Position numbers and translations under genes: made by a program | Notes under the pieces: generated by a model | What the model saw: only the letters and a program-made list of their open reading frames with translations | What the model was told of the DNA's origin: nothing | Database searches by the model: none | Shown here: piece by piece, positions 27,600 through 37,236 of the stretch | Numbering within the stretch: the first letter of the stretch is position 1 | Layout of the letters: each line of letters opens with the position of its first letter | DNA from: a virus | Virus record (IMG/VR): IMGVR_UViG_3300025879_001499 | Location: 7,263 to 71,262 of that record | Direction: 5' to 3' (one strand) | DNA: 64,000 nt

Positions 27600-28811
27600 C
27601 TAAAACATCGGAATCTCATCTTCCGAATTCGTTTCGGTTTCCTGCTCAGTAAAGAGAGCTTCACCCTCATCCTTCACATACTTCTGAACTAATTGTTTAA
27701 CATAAGTTCGTTCAGAATCAACCCCACCATCGTTAGAGAAGAATGGGAAGATTGAAATCTCAGCTGATTCGAACAAATCAAAACCATCATAAATCAATCC
27801 AGCCATCTCAACACTAGCACGAGTGGAAACCATTGCTGTAACTTTACCCGAATCACTCATCGATTGAGTACGAGTGTGGTGAGCGATTTCAGCCACAGCT
27901 TTTAAATCTTCTTCGTTCACTTCAGGGAACATAAACTTCAACAATCCGAACTCTTGCTCATCATTTAGAACATCCATCTCAATGGTTACGAATCGGTCAA
28001 GAATCGCTCTATCAATAACTCTAGTCGAAGTGTATTCGTTACCGATGTTAGCGGTAGCGATGAAAGTAACACCTTCAGCCACTTTCACAATTGGAGAACC
28101 TTCAGCCTCATCCAAACGTAAGTAACGTTGTCCACCATCTAAAACGGTCATTAGGATGTTCCAAGCATCAGGGTGAGCACGAGATAACTCATCTAATAGA
28201 ATCACAGCGTTTGGAGTTTTGATTGCTTTCACAAACGATGATTCAGAGAAGTAAGTTCCGTTATCTTTGGAGAACTGAGTGTTCCCAATCAAAGTAGCAC
28301 GAGGGTCTTGCGTTGCTCCTAAGTTGAAGTAAAAATCAGGACGGTCAAGTGCTTTAACCAAAGCCTTAGCAGCCATAGTTTTACCACAACCAGCAGGTCC
28401 GGTCATCATAATGTTTTTAGCTCGAACTGCTGAACGAACTAAGTACTTCCACTTTAGTTCAGTCATCACCAACTCAGTTGGTTTTAGATTGAATGAACCA
28501 TTGTGGATAAAATCTTTAATAGCCGTATGGTCCGTTTTATCCTCAAATTGAACTTCACCTTTATCGGTGTTCATTGGGATAACTAAGTTGTTGTAAACAT
28601 CCATACCAACTTTTCGGTAAACTTTCTTACCATTCTTTTGAATGTAGGCTTGAATAGCATCACCATTCTCATAGGCCCCTTTACGAGTACCAGTAGTAAC
28701 ACCCATTGTACCAACTTTAGTACCTTTGGTGTCAATTAACTTAAATGAGTTTCCAAACTTTTCTACTTTGTAAACTTCATTTTTAACGAATCCGATTTTG
28801 AAATCTGTCAT
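27600..28811 (-). CDS. MoxR-family AAA+ ATPase (CbbQ/NorQ/CobS-like)
   Basis: GPAGCGKT, ILLDELSRA, FIATAN, AILDRF, STR. Confidence 0.9.
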   Translation of the reverse strand: MTDFKIGFVKNEVYKVEKFGNSFKLIDTKGTKVGTMGVTTGTRKGAYENGDAIQAYIQKNGKKVYRKVGMDVYNNLVIPMNTDKGEVQFEDKTDHTAIKDFIHNGSFNLKPTELVMTELKWKYLVRSAVRAKNIMMTGPAGCGKTMAAKALVKALDRPDFYFNLGATQDPRATLIGNTQFSKDNGTYFSESSFVKAIKTPNAVILLDELSRAHPDAWNILMTVLDGGQRYLRLDEAEGSPIVKVAEGVTFIATANIGNEYTSTRVIDRAILDRFVTIEMDVLNDEQEFGLLKFMFPEVNEEDLKAVAEIAHHTRTQSMSDSGKVTAMVSTRASVEMAGLIYDGFDLFESAEISIFPFFSNDGGVDSERTYVKQLVQKYVKDEGEALFTEQETETNSEDEIPMF

Positions 28812-28902
28812 AACTTTTAACATTTTAGGGTTTAAACATTTGGGGAACATCCCCACTCTCAATTACTATACTAATATACGAAAACTATTTGAGACTACCA
28901 AA
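28812..28902 (-). promoter_or_regulatory. Promoter-GTAATTGAG-hairpin leader cassette
   Basis: TATATTAG-N4-GTAATTGAG; hairpin 28841-28855; TTAAACCCTAAAA. Confidence 0.75.
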
Positions 28903-28930
28903 CTTTTTTGGTACTTTTTTTAAATTATTT

Positions 28931-29155
28931 TTAATAATCATACGATGGGAACATATCTTCCCAACCATCTACGGCGTTGTTGTTAGAATATCTAACCTCT
29001 TTTGGTTCTACATATGTATCAGGCCAAATTGAGTATTGTTCATCTGGAAACATTCCTTCCAAATCAGATACCAACTCATTAGCTTCATCTAATGAAAGTT
29101 GAGTTGTATGTTCTTCGGGATAATTTGTTTCATTCATTACTTTGTATAATTCCAT
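28931..29155 (-). CDS. Small acidic early protein
   Basis: ORF with its own GTAATTGA promoter at 29191. Confidence 0.6.
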   Translation of the reverse strand: MELYKVMNETNYPEEHTTQLSLDEANELVSDLEGMFPDEQYSIWPDTYVEPKEVRYSNNNAVDGWEDMFPSYDY

Positions 29156-29245
29156 AATTTTAACGGTTTAAAGGTTTAACTCTCTCTCTCTCAATTACCC
29201 CACTAATATACAAAATCCATTTGGATTACACAAGCTTTTCTTCAA

Positions 29246-31357
29246 TTATTTTTGAAGAAAAAGCCCGTTAATAGTTTTAGTGATTTGTGAAACATTGGTT
29301 ACGTCTATCAAACGTGCCCCCTTACCATACATTGTTTTGAATCCTTCAGATGGTTCACCATTTGTTGGTATCCATTGTTCAACATAGTAAGAAAGAGTCT
29401 TAACTCCCATTCCTTCAATCTTCTTCACCATCTTACGAGTGTGTTCGAAGGCTGATTGACCTGAGTAATACATCTCACCATTTTCGAAGTAAGGTTCACC
29501 ATCTGAGATGTTAAGGAAGTAAGAATCCATATCGTTATTGGCTGGTAAGAAGTTATCCATAATAGCTTCAAAACACAATCCCTCAGGAGTAGTACCACTC
29601 ACATTAAGTGCTGGGAACATTTGTTTTACCTTTGAGAACTTATCACTACGAGAATCATAAGCCATCACAATGTAAGGTTTACCATTTGAAGTAGTTCGGA
29701 ACGATACCTGAATCGATAGGTTCTGAATCATATCAACTGCTTTACAAAGTGCAACCACATTAGTCATTGTCTTATTCCACTTATCACCATTCATAGAACC
29801 ACTAGCATCGATTGAGATGTGTAGGTTAGCTTTTTTGTAAGAATCAGTCTCCATATATTGGAACACATTCTCATTTCCAAATCCTAATGAAGAAATCATT
29901 CTTCTATCAATCTTACCATGCTTTTGGCGATTGAAGATGGTGTTTCTATCTTCACCACGAACTTGAAGTTTCTTACCTAAGATGGTTCCGATTCGAACAC
30001 CTTCAGCAACTTCTTTTTCATTGTATCGTTTGATTGGCCCATCTTCAGAGATATTCCAATAGTTGTTTGAGGTCATTGGGAACATCTCAGATTCCAAAAG
30101 TGATTGAGTTAATTTCTTAACTACAATACATTGAGTACCTTTCATAATTCTACCCCAATAGTTTTGAACACCATCACCAACAGTTTTCAACTCAGAACCA
30201 CTCTCATCGATTGCAGAAACGTTATCGTTATCTTTTTTAGAAATGGTTTTCTTACGAACATCACCATCCATAAACTTCTTCTGCTTCTCAATTTTCTTTT
30301 TAAGTAACTCCTTTTGTCTATCTGAAAGAGTAACTTTTTCAGAACCATTAGAATCTGATTGAGATGGTTGTCCACCTTCCATATTTTGAGGAAGATTATC
30401 TACATCCATTCCACCACCACCAGTTGGTTGAGAATCCATATTACCACTAATTGAAGATGAACCATTCATTTGGTTTGAGAACTCTTCAAACTCTTCATCA
30501 GTCATTTCACGAGATTCGTTCGAATCAGAACCACCACCTTGTCCGTTTTGAGATTGTGAATTCTCACCATTCTCACTTTGCCCATCACCTTCACCTTCAC
30601 CATTTTCAGATGATGGTAGGTTAGCCATAATGATTTGAAGTACTTTAAGAGCGATATTAAACGAATCTAAGGAACTCTTTAATCGGTTGATAGTACCTAA
30701 CCCAATTACCTTATAAATCTCTCTTAAACCCTTTAGTTTAGAGAGTTCAGTATTTTTGTTGTGAAGGTTGATGATTCGGAACATATAAGAATCAACACAC
30801 TCTTCAGTATGTTCATCAGAAAGAAGAGCTTTATCAATCAACTTATCATTGAAGTACTTATCGTACATTGCTCGGTAGTAATCACGATAGCCAGGAGCCG
30901 AATCGAAAACGAAACGGTCAATACGTCTATCTTCAATCACATTCCACAAATCTTTTACAACTGAAACTGGATTAGTGATACCCTTCTTAATAGCCCCATC
31001 CTTAATGTGTTGAGGAACTAAGTTGTAAATGTTGTGAAGGTGTTCGAAATCAGTTAGTTTGATGTGAGAACCCTCATGCAATGCCAAACCAACAGCAATA
31101 TCGAAATCTTTTGGTTCAACTACATTAGAACCAATTACAACTGCTTTACCATCCGTATAAGAATCACCTCTTTGGTTAAAGGTAACAGGGATAGAATCGT
31201 TGGTTACAATGTTTACGAAGTTAGAGATAGCTCGTTTAGAAGCGGCTAACTTATAAAGGTCATTTGATTTTCTTTCAACATCGGTTAAAGTATCTGAGAT
31301 GATATCATCATCTTCCCAATCTTTTAGCCAATAAGAAGAATTTCCGTACTTACTCAT
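29246..31357 (-). CDS. CobT-like protein: HEXXH domain, acidic linker and vWA domain
   Basis: ALHEGSH, NVIEDRRID, G/S/E/N-rich linker, MIDAS DASGSM, GTTPE, ISDGEP. Confidence 0.88.
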   Translation of the reverse strand: MSKYGNSSYWLKDWEDDDIISDTLTDVERKSNDLYKLAASKRAISNFVNIVTNDSIPVTFNQRGDSYTDGKAVVIGSNVVEPKDFDIAVGLALHEGSHIKLTDFEHLHNIYNLVPQHIKDGAIKKGITNPVSVVKDLWNVIEDRRIDRFVFDSAPGYRDYYRAMYDKYFNDKLIDKALLSDEHTEECVDSYMFRIINLHNKNTELSKLKGLREIYKVIGLGTINRLKSSLDSFNIALKVLQIIMANLPSSENGEGEGDGQSENGENSQSQNGQGGGSDSNESREMTDEEFEEFSNQMNGSSSISGNMDSQPTGGGGMDVDNLPQNMEGGQPSQSDSNGSEKVTLSDRQKELLKKKIEKQKKFMDGDVRKKTISKKDNDNVSAIDESGSELKTVGDGVQNYWGRIMKGTQCIVVKKLTQSLLESEMFPMTSNNYWNISEDGPIKRYNEKEVAEGVRIGTILGKKLQVRGEDRNTIFNRQKHGKIDRRMISSLGFGNENVFQYMETDSYKKANLHISIDASGSMNGDKWNKTMTNVVALCKAVDMIQNLSIQVSFRTTSNGKPYIVMAYDSRSDKFSKVKQMFPALNVSGTTPEGLCFEAIMDNFLPANNDMDSYFLNISDGEPYFENGEMYYSGQSAFEHTRKMVKKIEGMGVKTLSYYVEQWIPTNGEPSEGFKTMYGKGARLIDVTNVSQITKTINGLFLQK

Positions 31358-31445
31358 ATTTTTAGTTTTAGGGTTTAACATTGGGGTTCTATCCCCACTC
31401 AATTACAGTACTAATATAAGAAATGTTTTTGACATACACAAGCCA
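31358..31445 (-). promoter_or_regulatory. Promoter-GTAATTGAG-hairpin leader cassette
   Basis: Hairpin 31382-31397; GTAATTGA at 31399-31406. Confidence 0.75.
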
Positions 31446-31458
31446 TTTCTCATTTATT

Positions 31459-31722
31459 TTAGCCCAAATGTGAATTAAATTCAGCCATCTCCTGCTTTTC
31501 GTACAAATCGTAACGTTGTTCCATTCGTAGAACCGAATGAAAATCAAAGATGTATTTTTTAAGATTGTTCAACTTCTCATCCATTTGTTCTGAAGTAAAG
31601 AAGTGTTGTTCCATATGTAAGTCCGATAGGTTACTAGCGATTCGCATTAGTACATCGGTTGTTTGAAGAGTTTCAGGTGTGTAACTCTCATTGTGCTTTT
31701 CACAAAATTCTAACTTTGTCAT
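31459..31722 (-). CDS. Hypothetical early protein
   Basis: Start MTKLEF after the leader. Confidence 0.6.
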   Translation of the reverse strand: MTKLEFCEKHNESYTPETLQTTDVLMRIASNLSDLHMEQHFFTSEQMDEKLNNLKKYIFDFHSVLRMEQRYDLYEKQEMAEFNSHLG

Positions 31723-31812
31723 ATTGTTTAATTTAATTGGGTTAACGTATTGAGTAGAACTCCCACTCAATTACCCCACTAAACTACAAAAAAGAATTGA
31801 CATATACAAGCT
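31723..31812 (-). promoter_or_regulatory. Promoter-GTAATTGAG-hairpin leader cassette
   Basis: Hairpin 31749-31771; GTAATTGA at 31767-31774. Confidence 0.7.
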
Positions 31813-31827
31813 TTTTTTGATTTATTT

Positions 31828-32664
31828 TCAAAAATTTCTCCAGCCAATGAATTTTTGTTGAACAAATGTCTGAGTATCGTAATCCTTTTCAAAGTATGGA
31901 TAGTACATAAATGAATCTATCTTAGGTTCTAATCGTTTGAATGAATTCAAATTATGCCAATACAATGATGTATTTTTAATATCATCTAATGTAGAATGCC
32001 ACTTATATAAATAGAAGTTCATTTGGTATTGGTGATACTTCAACGATTCCAAATGAGATTCCTCTCCTCTGAGATGTCCACTTTGAAAGTGGTCTGTGAT
32101 TACGTTGTTATCAATTGGATTGTAAACTCTACCATGATAGAAATCATTTATAGATGTTCTATGTGGTAAGTAACGATATGCTCTGAAGAAGTAATCCGAT
32201 TCTTGATATCCGATATTACAAAATCTCTCATCCCACAATCCTATCTTACGGATAGCATTAGATGTATAACTCATAAAGGTATCACCAGCACCTAATTGAA
32301 CCAAATCATAGTTGATGTGATTCTTCATCACTTCCTCTAAGAAGTTAGGAGTAAATGTTGTATCATTCTGAGAAGTAATAACAACATCACAATCGGGTTC
32401 TTTTAGGTTTACAAATCCGTTAATGATGGCTTGATTCCAATTCCTAGTCAAATGTCCAGTTGAAAAATCAGCTCTTGTTTGGTTGTGGAGTACAGTAACT
32501 TTATTAGTGAACCAATCATCCATTTTAAAGTTGGAATGATTGTTTATAATGAATAACTGATATTGTGTATTATCGTAACGTTCTAATGTAGGTTTAAGAG
32601 TTTGTAGACTCGTATTCAATACATCGTTATTATTGTATGTAACTATAAAATGCTTTATTAACAT
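31828..32664 (-). CDS. GT-A fold glycosyltransferase
   Basis: IVTYN, WNQAI, SQND, IGLWDERF..GYQESDY. Confidence 0.75.
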   Translation of the reverse strand: MLIKHFIVTYNNNDVLNTSLQTLKPTLERYDNTQYQLFIINNHSNFKMDDWFTNKVTVLHNQTRADFSTGHLTRNWNQAIINGFVNLKEPDCDVVITSQNDTTFTPNFLEEVMKNHINYDLVQLGAGDTFMSYTSNAIRKIGLWDERFCNIGYQESDYFFRAYRYLPHRTSINDFYHGRVYNPIDNNVITDHFQSGHLRGEESHLESLKYHQYQMNFYLYKWHSTLDDIKNTSLYWHNLNSFKRLEPKIDSFMYYPYFEKDYDTQTFVQQKFIGWRNF

Positions 32665-32880
32665 TGTGTTTTTTAATATTCATCATCAAAGTGAGATATT
32701 GGGGAATCCATATCTAAATCTCTGATTAAGAAATTTATCTCCTTTCTCACATCTTCAACTTGCTCCCAATCCTCATATGATATTGCTTCATCTAAAATTA
32801 GATTGAAGTTTTGTAATTTATCAATTATATTTTCCATTTTTTTCATATTTTACTTAAATATGATTTTTTCAAAAAAGTGG

Positions 32881-34350
32881 TTACATTGTAAATGTTTTTT
32901 TAATATCATTTACCCATACAACATCTTTATTTGGTATCAATTCCATAAAATCAGATAGTACAATATGGTCTTTATCTAAAGTATCACAATATCTCTCATC
33001 TGCGGTACCTTTAGATGTTCTGGTTATATTTAATCCTTCTTTCATAAATTTTATAGGTACACTTATCTTATTCATATGAGTATGCAAAAAGTGCTCATGT
33101 GGAACCATATAATGCCCCTTACCCAAATGTTCCATCATAAAGAAATAACAAGTAGAATAATAATTCATCATCTTTGGTGAACCATACGCAAATAAATCCG
33201 ATATACCATCACTATTATTATAGTTGTTTAATCTTATTCTCCCATTTGGTACCGATAATGTATTATCTATATCAATAGTTAATGGATTTGTAAAAAATAT
33301 ATCAGTTCTAGCACGTATTACAACATCATAATCAATACCAAATGAGTTAGTTAACATATTAGCCCTCCAAACTTTGTACCACATCGCCATAGTACCAAAA
33401 TCATTACAAGACTTCATTAAATTAGATAATATTGTATTTGGTGGATTTATATGATGTCTAAGTGGTTCTAATGTTGATTTATCAAATATATCATAACGTT
33501 CTACTTCCATCTTCTTAACGTTGTATATCTTATGGAAGTTATTTATAGTATCCCCAATTTCAACATTTTCAACATCCCAAAAGGATGCATATACATCTAT
33601 ATCATATTTGTTGATTAACTCCAACCAATAATCTTTAGTTCGTTCCAAATCTCTAAGGTGTCCTGAAAAGCAAATAGCCATCTTAGTTTTGGGAGTTACC
33701 TCCTTACGTTTTATTTGGATAGCCTTTCGTTTAAATACATCTGAGAAATATTCTAAATCATCTTTCCACAATTGAGTTAATTGTTCTATTTGGTCTGAAG
33801 TATACATATCCTCTTTACGAAAATGAGTATTAGTTATAAATTCTGAATGATTGTGTATTGTTATACCAAATTCCTTAGCCAACTCCGATATATCGTTTGA
33901 TAAATCATTGTAACTTAATACAATACTATTATCATCTAATAACCAGTTACCATCAATATCCTTTAGTTGTGAAAATAAACTAGCCCTATAAGTAGGTACA
34001 TGAAATATCTGAGTTCTATCTAAGTATATGTTTAAGAAATCATTGAAAGTATCAGTTTTATGTTGATATCTACTCCATGCCCAATTTGTGTTCCAATAAT
34101 CGTACAATAACTCAAATGGGTCTTTTACTATTGTTATAATTCTATCACCAGAGTTTATATTAAAGTTATCAACTGGTTGAAACAGCCCATGCTCTCTATC
34201 AGGATTTTCCCAGTCACCCCACCCCTTTATCCGAGTTGGGTAGTTCCATTGGTTTGAATGAGTTGTATCAATTTCAATATTTTGGGAATTTATTAAATCC
34301 CTAAGAGATGTCCATTTGGTTGTTGGTAGCCCTATTAAAATATTTTTCAT
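32881..34350 (-). CDS. Fusion of a sulfotransferase-like N-domain and a glycan-modifying C-domain
   Basis: ITIVKDPFE...Y and LWKDDLEYF (Sulfotransfer_2-like); AICFSGHLR, YDVVIRARTD, SDLFAYG. Confidence 0.6.
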   Translation of the reverse strand: MKNILIGLPTTKWTSLRDLINSQNIEIDTTHSNQWNYPTRIKGWGDWENPDREHGLFQPVDNFNINSGDRIITIVKDPFELLYDYWNTNWAWSRYQHKTDTFNDFLNIYLDRTQIFHVPTYRASLFSQLKDIDGNWLLDDNSIVLSYNDLSNDISELAKEFGITIHNHSEFITNTHFRKEDMYTSDQIEQLTQLWKDDLEYFSDVFKRKAIQIKRKEVTPKTKMAICFSGHLRDLERTKDYWLELINKYDIDVYASFWDVENVEIGDTINNFHKIYNVKKMEVERYDIFDKSTLEPLRHHINPPNTILSNLMKSCNDFGTMAMWYKVWRANMLTNSFGIDYDVVIRARTDIFFTNPLTIDIDNTLSVPNGRIRLNNYNNSDGISDLFAYGSPKMMNYYSTCYFFMMEHLGKGHYMVPHEHFLHTHMNKISVPIKFMKEGLNITRTSKGTADERYCDTLDKDHIVLSDFMELIPNKDVVWVNDIKKTFTM

Positions 34351-34793
34351 TTTTTATAGTTTTGAATTATATCTGAACAAATACCTATTGTTCCTTCAAT
34401 TGGTTCTTTATTAAATACTTCGGGTAATACCAAAATACCCCTATTGTATAAGTTGGTTGACCATATGTAATTATGTGATGTAAGAACACCCATATCCACA
34501 TCATGCGAAAAGTAATTGAATTGAGATGATTTGGTATCACCATATTCATTGAAGTAGGATAATGCATCCATATTCTTACAATGAATCCAAAGTGAAGGTG
34601 AACGATTTTCCAACCATTCCAATGATACCTCATATTGAGGTTCATCATGACCTAATAATAACTTACCATCTTCATACCAAACATCAATCTCCACATCATA
34701 CCCCTTTGAAATTGCTTCATCGATATAATCAGGGTGATTTTCCCTTTCGGTATTTTTACCTTCTAAGTTTCCTCTATGTGATATCAGTATCAT
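34347..34793 (-). CDS. Glycerophosphodiester phosphodiesterase-like (PLC-like) protein
   Basis: ISHRGN, EN, DVEIDVW, LGHD, WIHCKN, GICSD. Confidence 0.8.
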   Translation of the reverse strand: MILISHRGNLEGKNTERENHPDYIDEAISKGYDVEIDVWYEDGKLLLGHDEPQYEVSLEWLENRSPSLWIHCKNMDALSYFNEYGDTKSSQFNYFSHDVDMGVLTSHNYIWSTNLYNRGILVLPEVFNKEPIEGTIGICSDIIQNYKK

Positions 34794-34794
34794 A

Positions 34795-35529
34795 TTAAAA
34801 TGGTGGTGGTTGTAACAATTGATTTATATTTGATAAGCTTAGATTATCCTCTGGAATGTAATTACTTTCCCATACTTTATTGTAAACATTAGCCACAACT
34901 TTATATGGTTTAAGGTTTTCCAAATCTATGATTTCAAAATTATCAACCATCATTTGGATACCATCGTTGGAATCAAATTCATTTTGATATTTTTCCCTAA
35001 GATAAGCGTTGGTTAAATGCATTTCAGGTTCATAAAATAACTTCATCTCACCATTAACCATATGTTTGATACTCATCATATCAAATCCAATTTTAGATGA
35101 TTTAAACATAGTTTTTAAATTATCAGTTGTACCAGCTATAATATGGTCTGATATATGGAATTTCCATTGATTAAAATGCCTAAACCATATAGGAGAACAA
35201 TAAATTTTGTTTGGATGTGATTGTAGTGAATTAACTAATGAGTTTAAATTTGAATAGTACTCATCTCCCCTAACTTTGATTGAATATTCAGTATCGGATA
35301 GCATCAACCCATTTAGAGTTGAAGTGAACTGATAGTTCATTCGTTGTGGACCTGATTTAAGAGGTGGGTTTGTAGTTACAAACTTTACATTATGTGGGAT
35401 GTACGATAAATCCAATGTATGATTAGTCCAAGTTGATATTACAATTGGATTATATGGATATGTTTGGATGTAAAAATTGTATGATTCTTGGGTTATTAAC
35501 CCTTGAACTATTATCGTAACATTTTTCAT
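34795..35529 (-). CDS. WavE-like LPS synthesis protein
   Basis: IIVQG, ISTW, Q..STLNGL, IKVRGD, FHISDH. Confidence 0.7.
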   Translation of the reverse strand: MKNVTIIVQGLITQESYNFYIQTYPYNPIVISTWTNHTLDLSYIPHNVKFVTTNPPLKSGPQRMNYQFTSTLNGLMLSDTEYSIKVRGDEYYSNLNSLVNSLQSHPNKIYCSPIWFRHFNQWKFHISDHIIAGTTDNLKTMFKSSKIGFDMMSIKHMVNGEMKLFYEPEMHLTNAYLREKYQNEFDSNDGIQMMVDNFEIIDLENLKPYKVVANVYNKVWESNYIPEDNLSLSNINQLLQPPPF

Positions 35530-35535
35530 TAAAGT

Positions 35536-35715
35536 TTATCGTTTGAACTTTAAGTTTATATAGTTTATACCACCCATTATAGTTGGTGCCCATAATCCTA
35601 TGAATACCCCTAACATCTCTTGCTTTTCTATCAGAAATAGATATAATGAGAAAATTATTGAAAACATAACACACATTAGTAATATCAATTCTGATATGGG
35701 GATTCTTCGTTTCAT
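35536..35715 (-). CDS. Small two-TM membrane protein
   Basis: Hand translation MKRRIPISELILLMCVMFSIIFSLYLF...LGVFIGLWAPTIMG. Confidence 0.6.
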   Translation of the reverse strand: MKRRIPISELILLMCVMFSIIFSLYLFLIEKQEMLGVFIGLWAPTIMGGINYINLKFKR

Positions 35716-35724
35716 AGCTAACCT

Positions 35725-35871
35725 CTAATATTCATCATTATCGAAGTAATTTGGTTTATACTTCTCTTTACGTTTGTAGTTGGAACTTTTCTTATCCGAT
35801 TTTCTCTTTCGTGCTCTATCGAAATCATCATCCCACACATCATTGTGGGCTGTATTCTTTCCCCTTTTCAT
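35725..35871 (-). CDS. 48-aa charged peptide
   Basis: Hand translation MKRGKN...KKSSNYKRKEKYKPNYFDNDEY. Confidence 0.5.
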   Translation of the reverse strand: MKRGKNTAHNDVWDDDFDRARKRKSDKKSSNYKRKEKYKPNYFDNDEY

Positions 35872-35872
35872 A

Positions 35873-36181
35873 TCAATCTTTAAGTAATTCTTTAGTAGAT
35901 TCAGTCTTATCTATTTTACCATCTACCATCTTATTAATACTCTTAATAATCTTTTCTAACTTTTGTATATCATTCAAATGATTTGATGAAGAGTTAGATT
36001 GGCTGAAGTGTTGGTTTATCCTTTCCTCCAGCCTATCTAAATCCTTTTGACAATTTATCTTACCCAATTTCAGTTCGTATTTTAAATCCGATATCCGAGT
36101 GTTCAACCTAAATATAATAAAGGTTAGGGATAGTACTACGGCTAATATTGAACCGAAGATGATAAAATAATCCATTTCCAT
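35873..36181 (-). CDS. Membrane-anchored coiled-coil protein
   Basis: N-terminal TM helix followed by heptads. Confidence 0.6.
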   Translation of the reverse strand: MEMDYFIIFGSILAVVLSLTFIIFRLNTRISDLKYELKLGKINCQKDLDRLEERINQHFSQSNSSSNHLNDIQKLEKIIKSINKMVDGKIDKTESTKELLKD

Positions 36182-36184
36182 AGT

Positions 36185-36520
36185 TTACTTCTTATTGTAT
36201 AATTCGTAAACTTTATTGATTAGGTTTGTCTTTGTTAGTGAAGAATCAAAATCTACATTGAACTCTTCTTTAGCGGTAGAAATCAATTCAGCCTTCTTCA
36301 TCGCTCTAAGTGATGATTTAGTTACTTTCTTTGGTTTCTTACCAGCTTTTGCTTTTTTGTTAATCTCCTTTGCAGTCTTTGCCAATTCCTCAATAGTATC
36401 TTCTACTACATCAGGAATTAAGTCTCCATCTCTATCAGAAAGTTTTCCTTTCTTTACAAAGTAAATAACAACACCAGCTACTAATAATAGTACACCGATG
36501 ATAATTAAAATTGTGTTCAT
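36185..36520 (-). CDS. Membrane-anchored protein with Rho-N/HeH-like C-terminus
   Basis: TM helix, DRDGDLIPD, LRAMKKAELISTAK...LTKTNLI. Confidence 0.65.
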   Translation of the reverse strand: MNTILIIIGVLLLVAGVVIYFVKKGKLSDRDGDLIPDVVEDTIEELAKTAKEINKKAKAGKKPKKVTKSSLRAMKKAELISTAKEEFNVDFDSSLTKTNLINKVYELYNKK

Positions 36521-36688
36521 AATTTAATTTAATTTACTAATAATAAATATTAATAAGATTAAATAAACATATGGTAATCAGCTTCATCTTCCATTGGCTC
36601 AGATTCTTTATTATTAATCTGAGTTGGTGGATTTGTGTTTGCTAATATCAATGTTGCTAATCCTATTAATAAACTTCGAAAATACTTT

Positions 36689-36952
36689 TTAATACTCTCC
36701 ATATAATGAATACGTTTTTTGTGGTTCGGGCTCTATAACTTTTTCTTCTTGTTGAATCACATAAGTGAAGCCCTCTCTCGCATCCATATAGAATTGTGTA
36801 TTTCCGTTCTTTTGATAAATGTACTCTAATACATCTGTCAATGAATCTAAGATAACCGAATCGTTATCCAAAGGAGTCCAACGGTCACCCGGTGGTACTC
36901 TCTTAGCAACTTTTACTTTTACTTCTTCGGTAACTACTTCAGATTCTCTCAT
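36689..36952 (-). CDS. Hypothetical phage protein
   Basis: ORF track; AKRVPPGDRW. Confidence 0.6.
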   Translation of the reverse strand: MRESEVVTEEVKVKVAKRVPPGDRWTPLDNDSVILDSLTDVLEYIYQKNGNTQFYMDAREGFTYVIQQEEKVIEPEPQKTYSLYGEY

Positions 36953-37161
36953 TACTCAATTACTCTTATTACTCTACTTTCCTTTGCTCCACTTACCTTA
37001 TAATCAATGTTTACATTAGCATCAGTAAAGTCTTGTACAACTCTTGCTTCCGCCTCAGTTACTGACATTGCATCAACTAAGTAGATTTCTTTTTTCAATT
37101 TTGGGTTTCCATTTTTAAGTGTTGCAACCTCAACTTCCACTACTACTTCGAAATATTTCAT
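36952..37161 (-). CDS. DUF4494-like protein
   Basis: KEIYLVDAMSVTEAEARV matches the Bacteroidetes DUF4494 motif as recalled. Confidence 0.7.
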   Translation of the reverse strand: MKYFEVVVEVEVATLKNGNPKLKKEIYLVDAMSVTEAEARVVQDFTDANVNIDYKVSGAKESRVIRVIE

Positions 37162-37236
37162 ATCTCTCTATTTTTATATATTAATTAACTTTACAAATAT
37201 ACGAAAAAAATCCGAAAAAACAAAAATATTTTCAAA

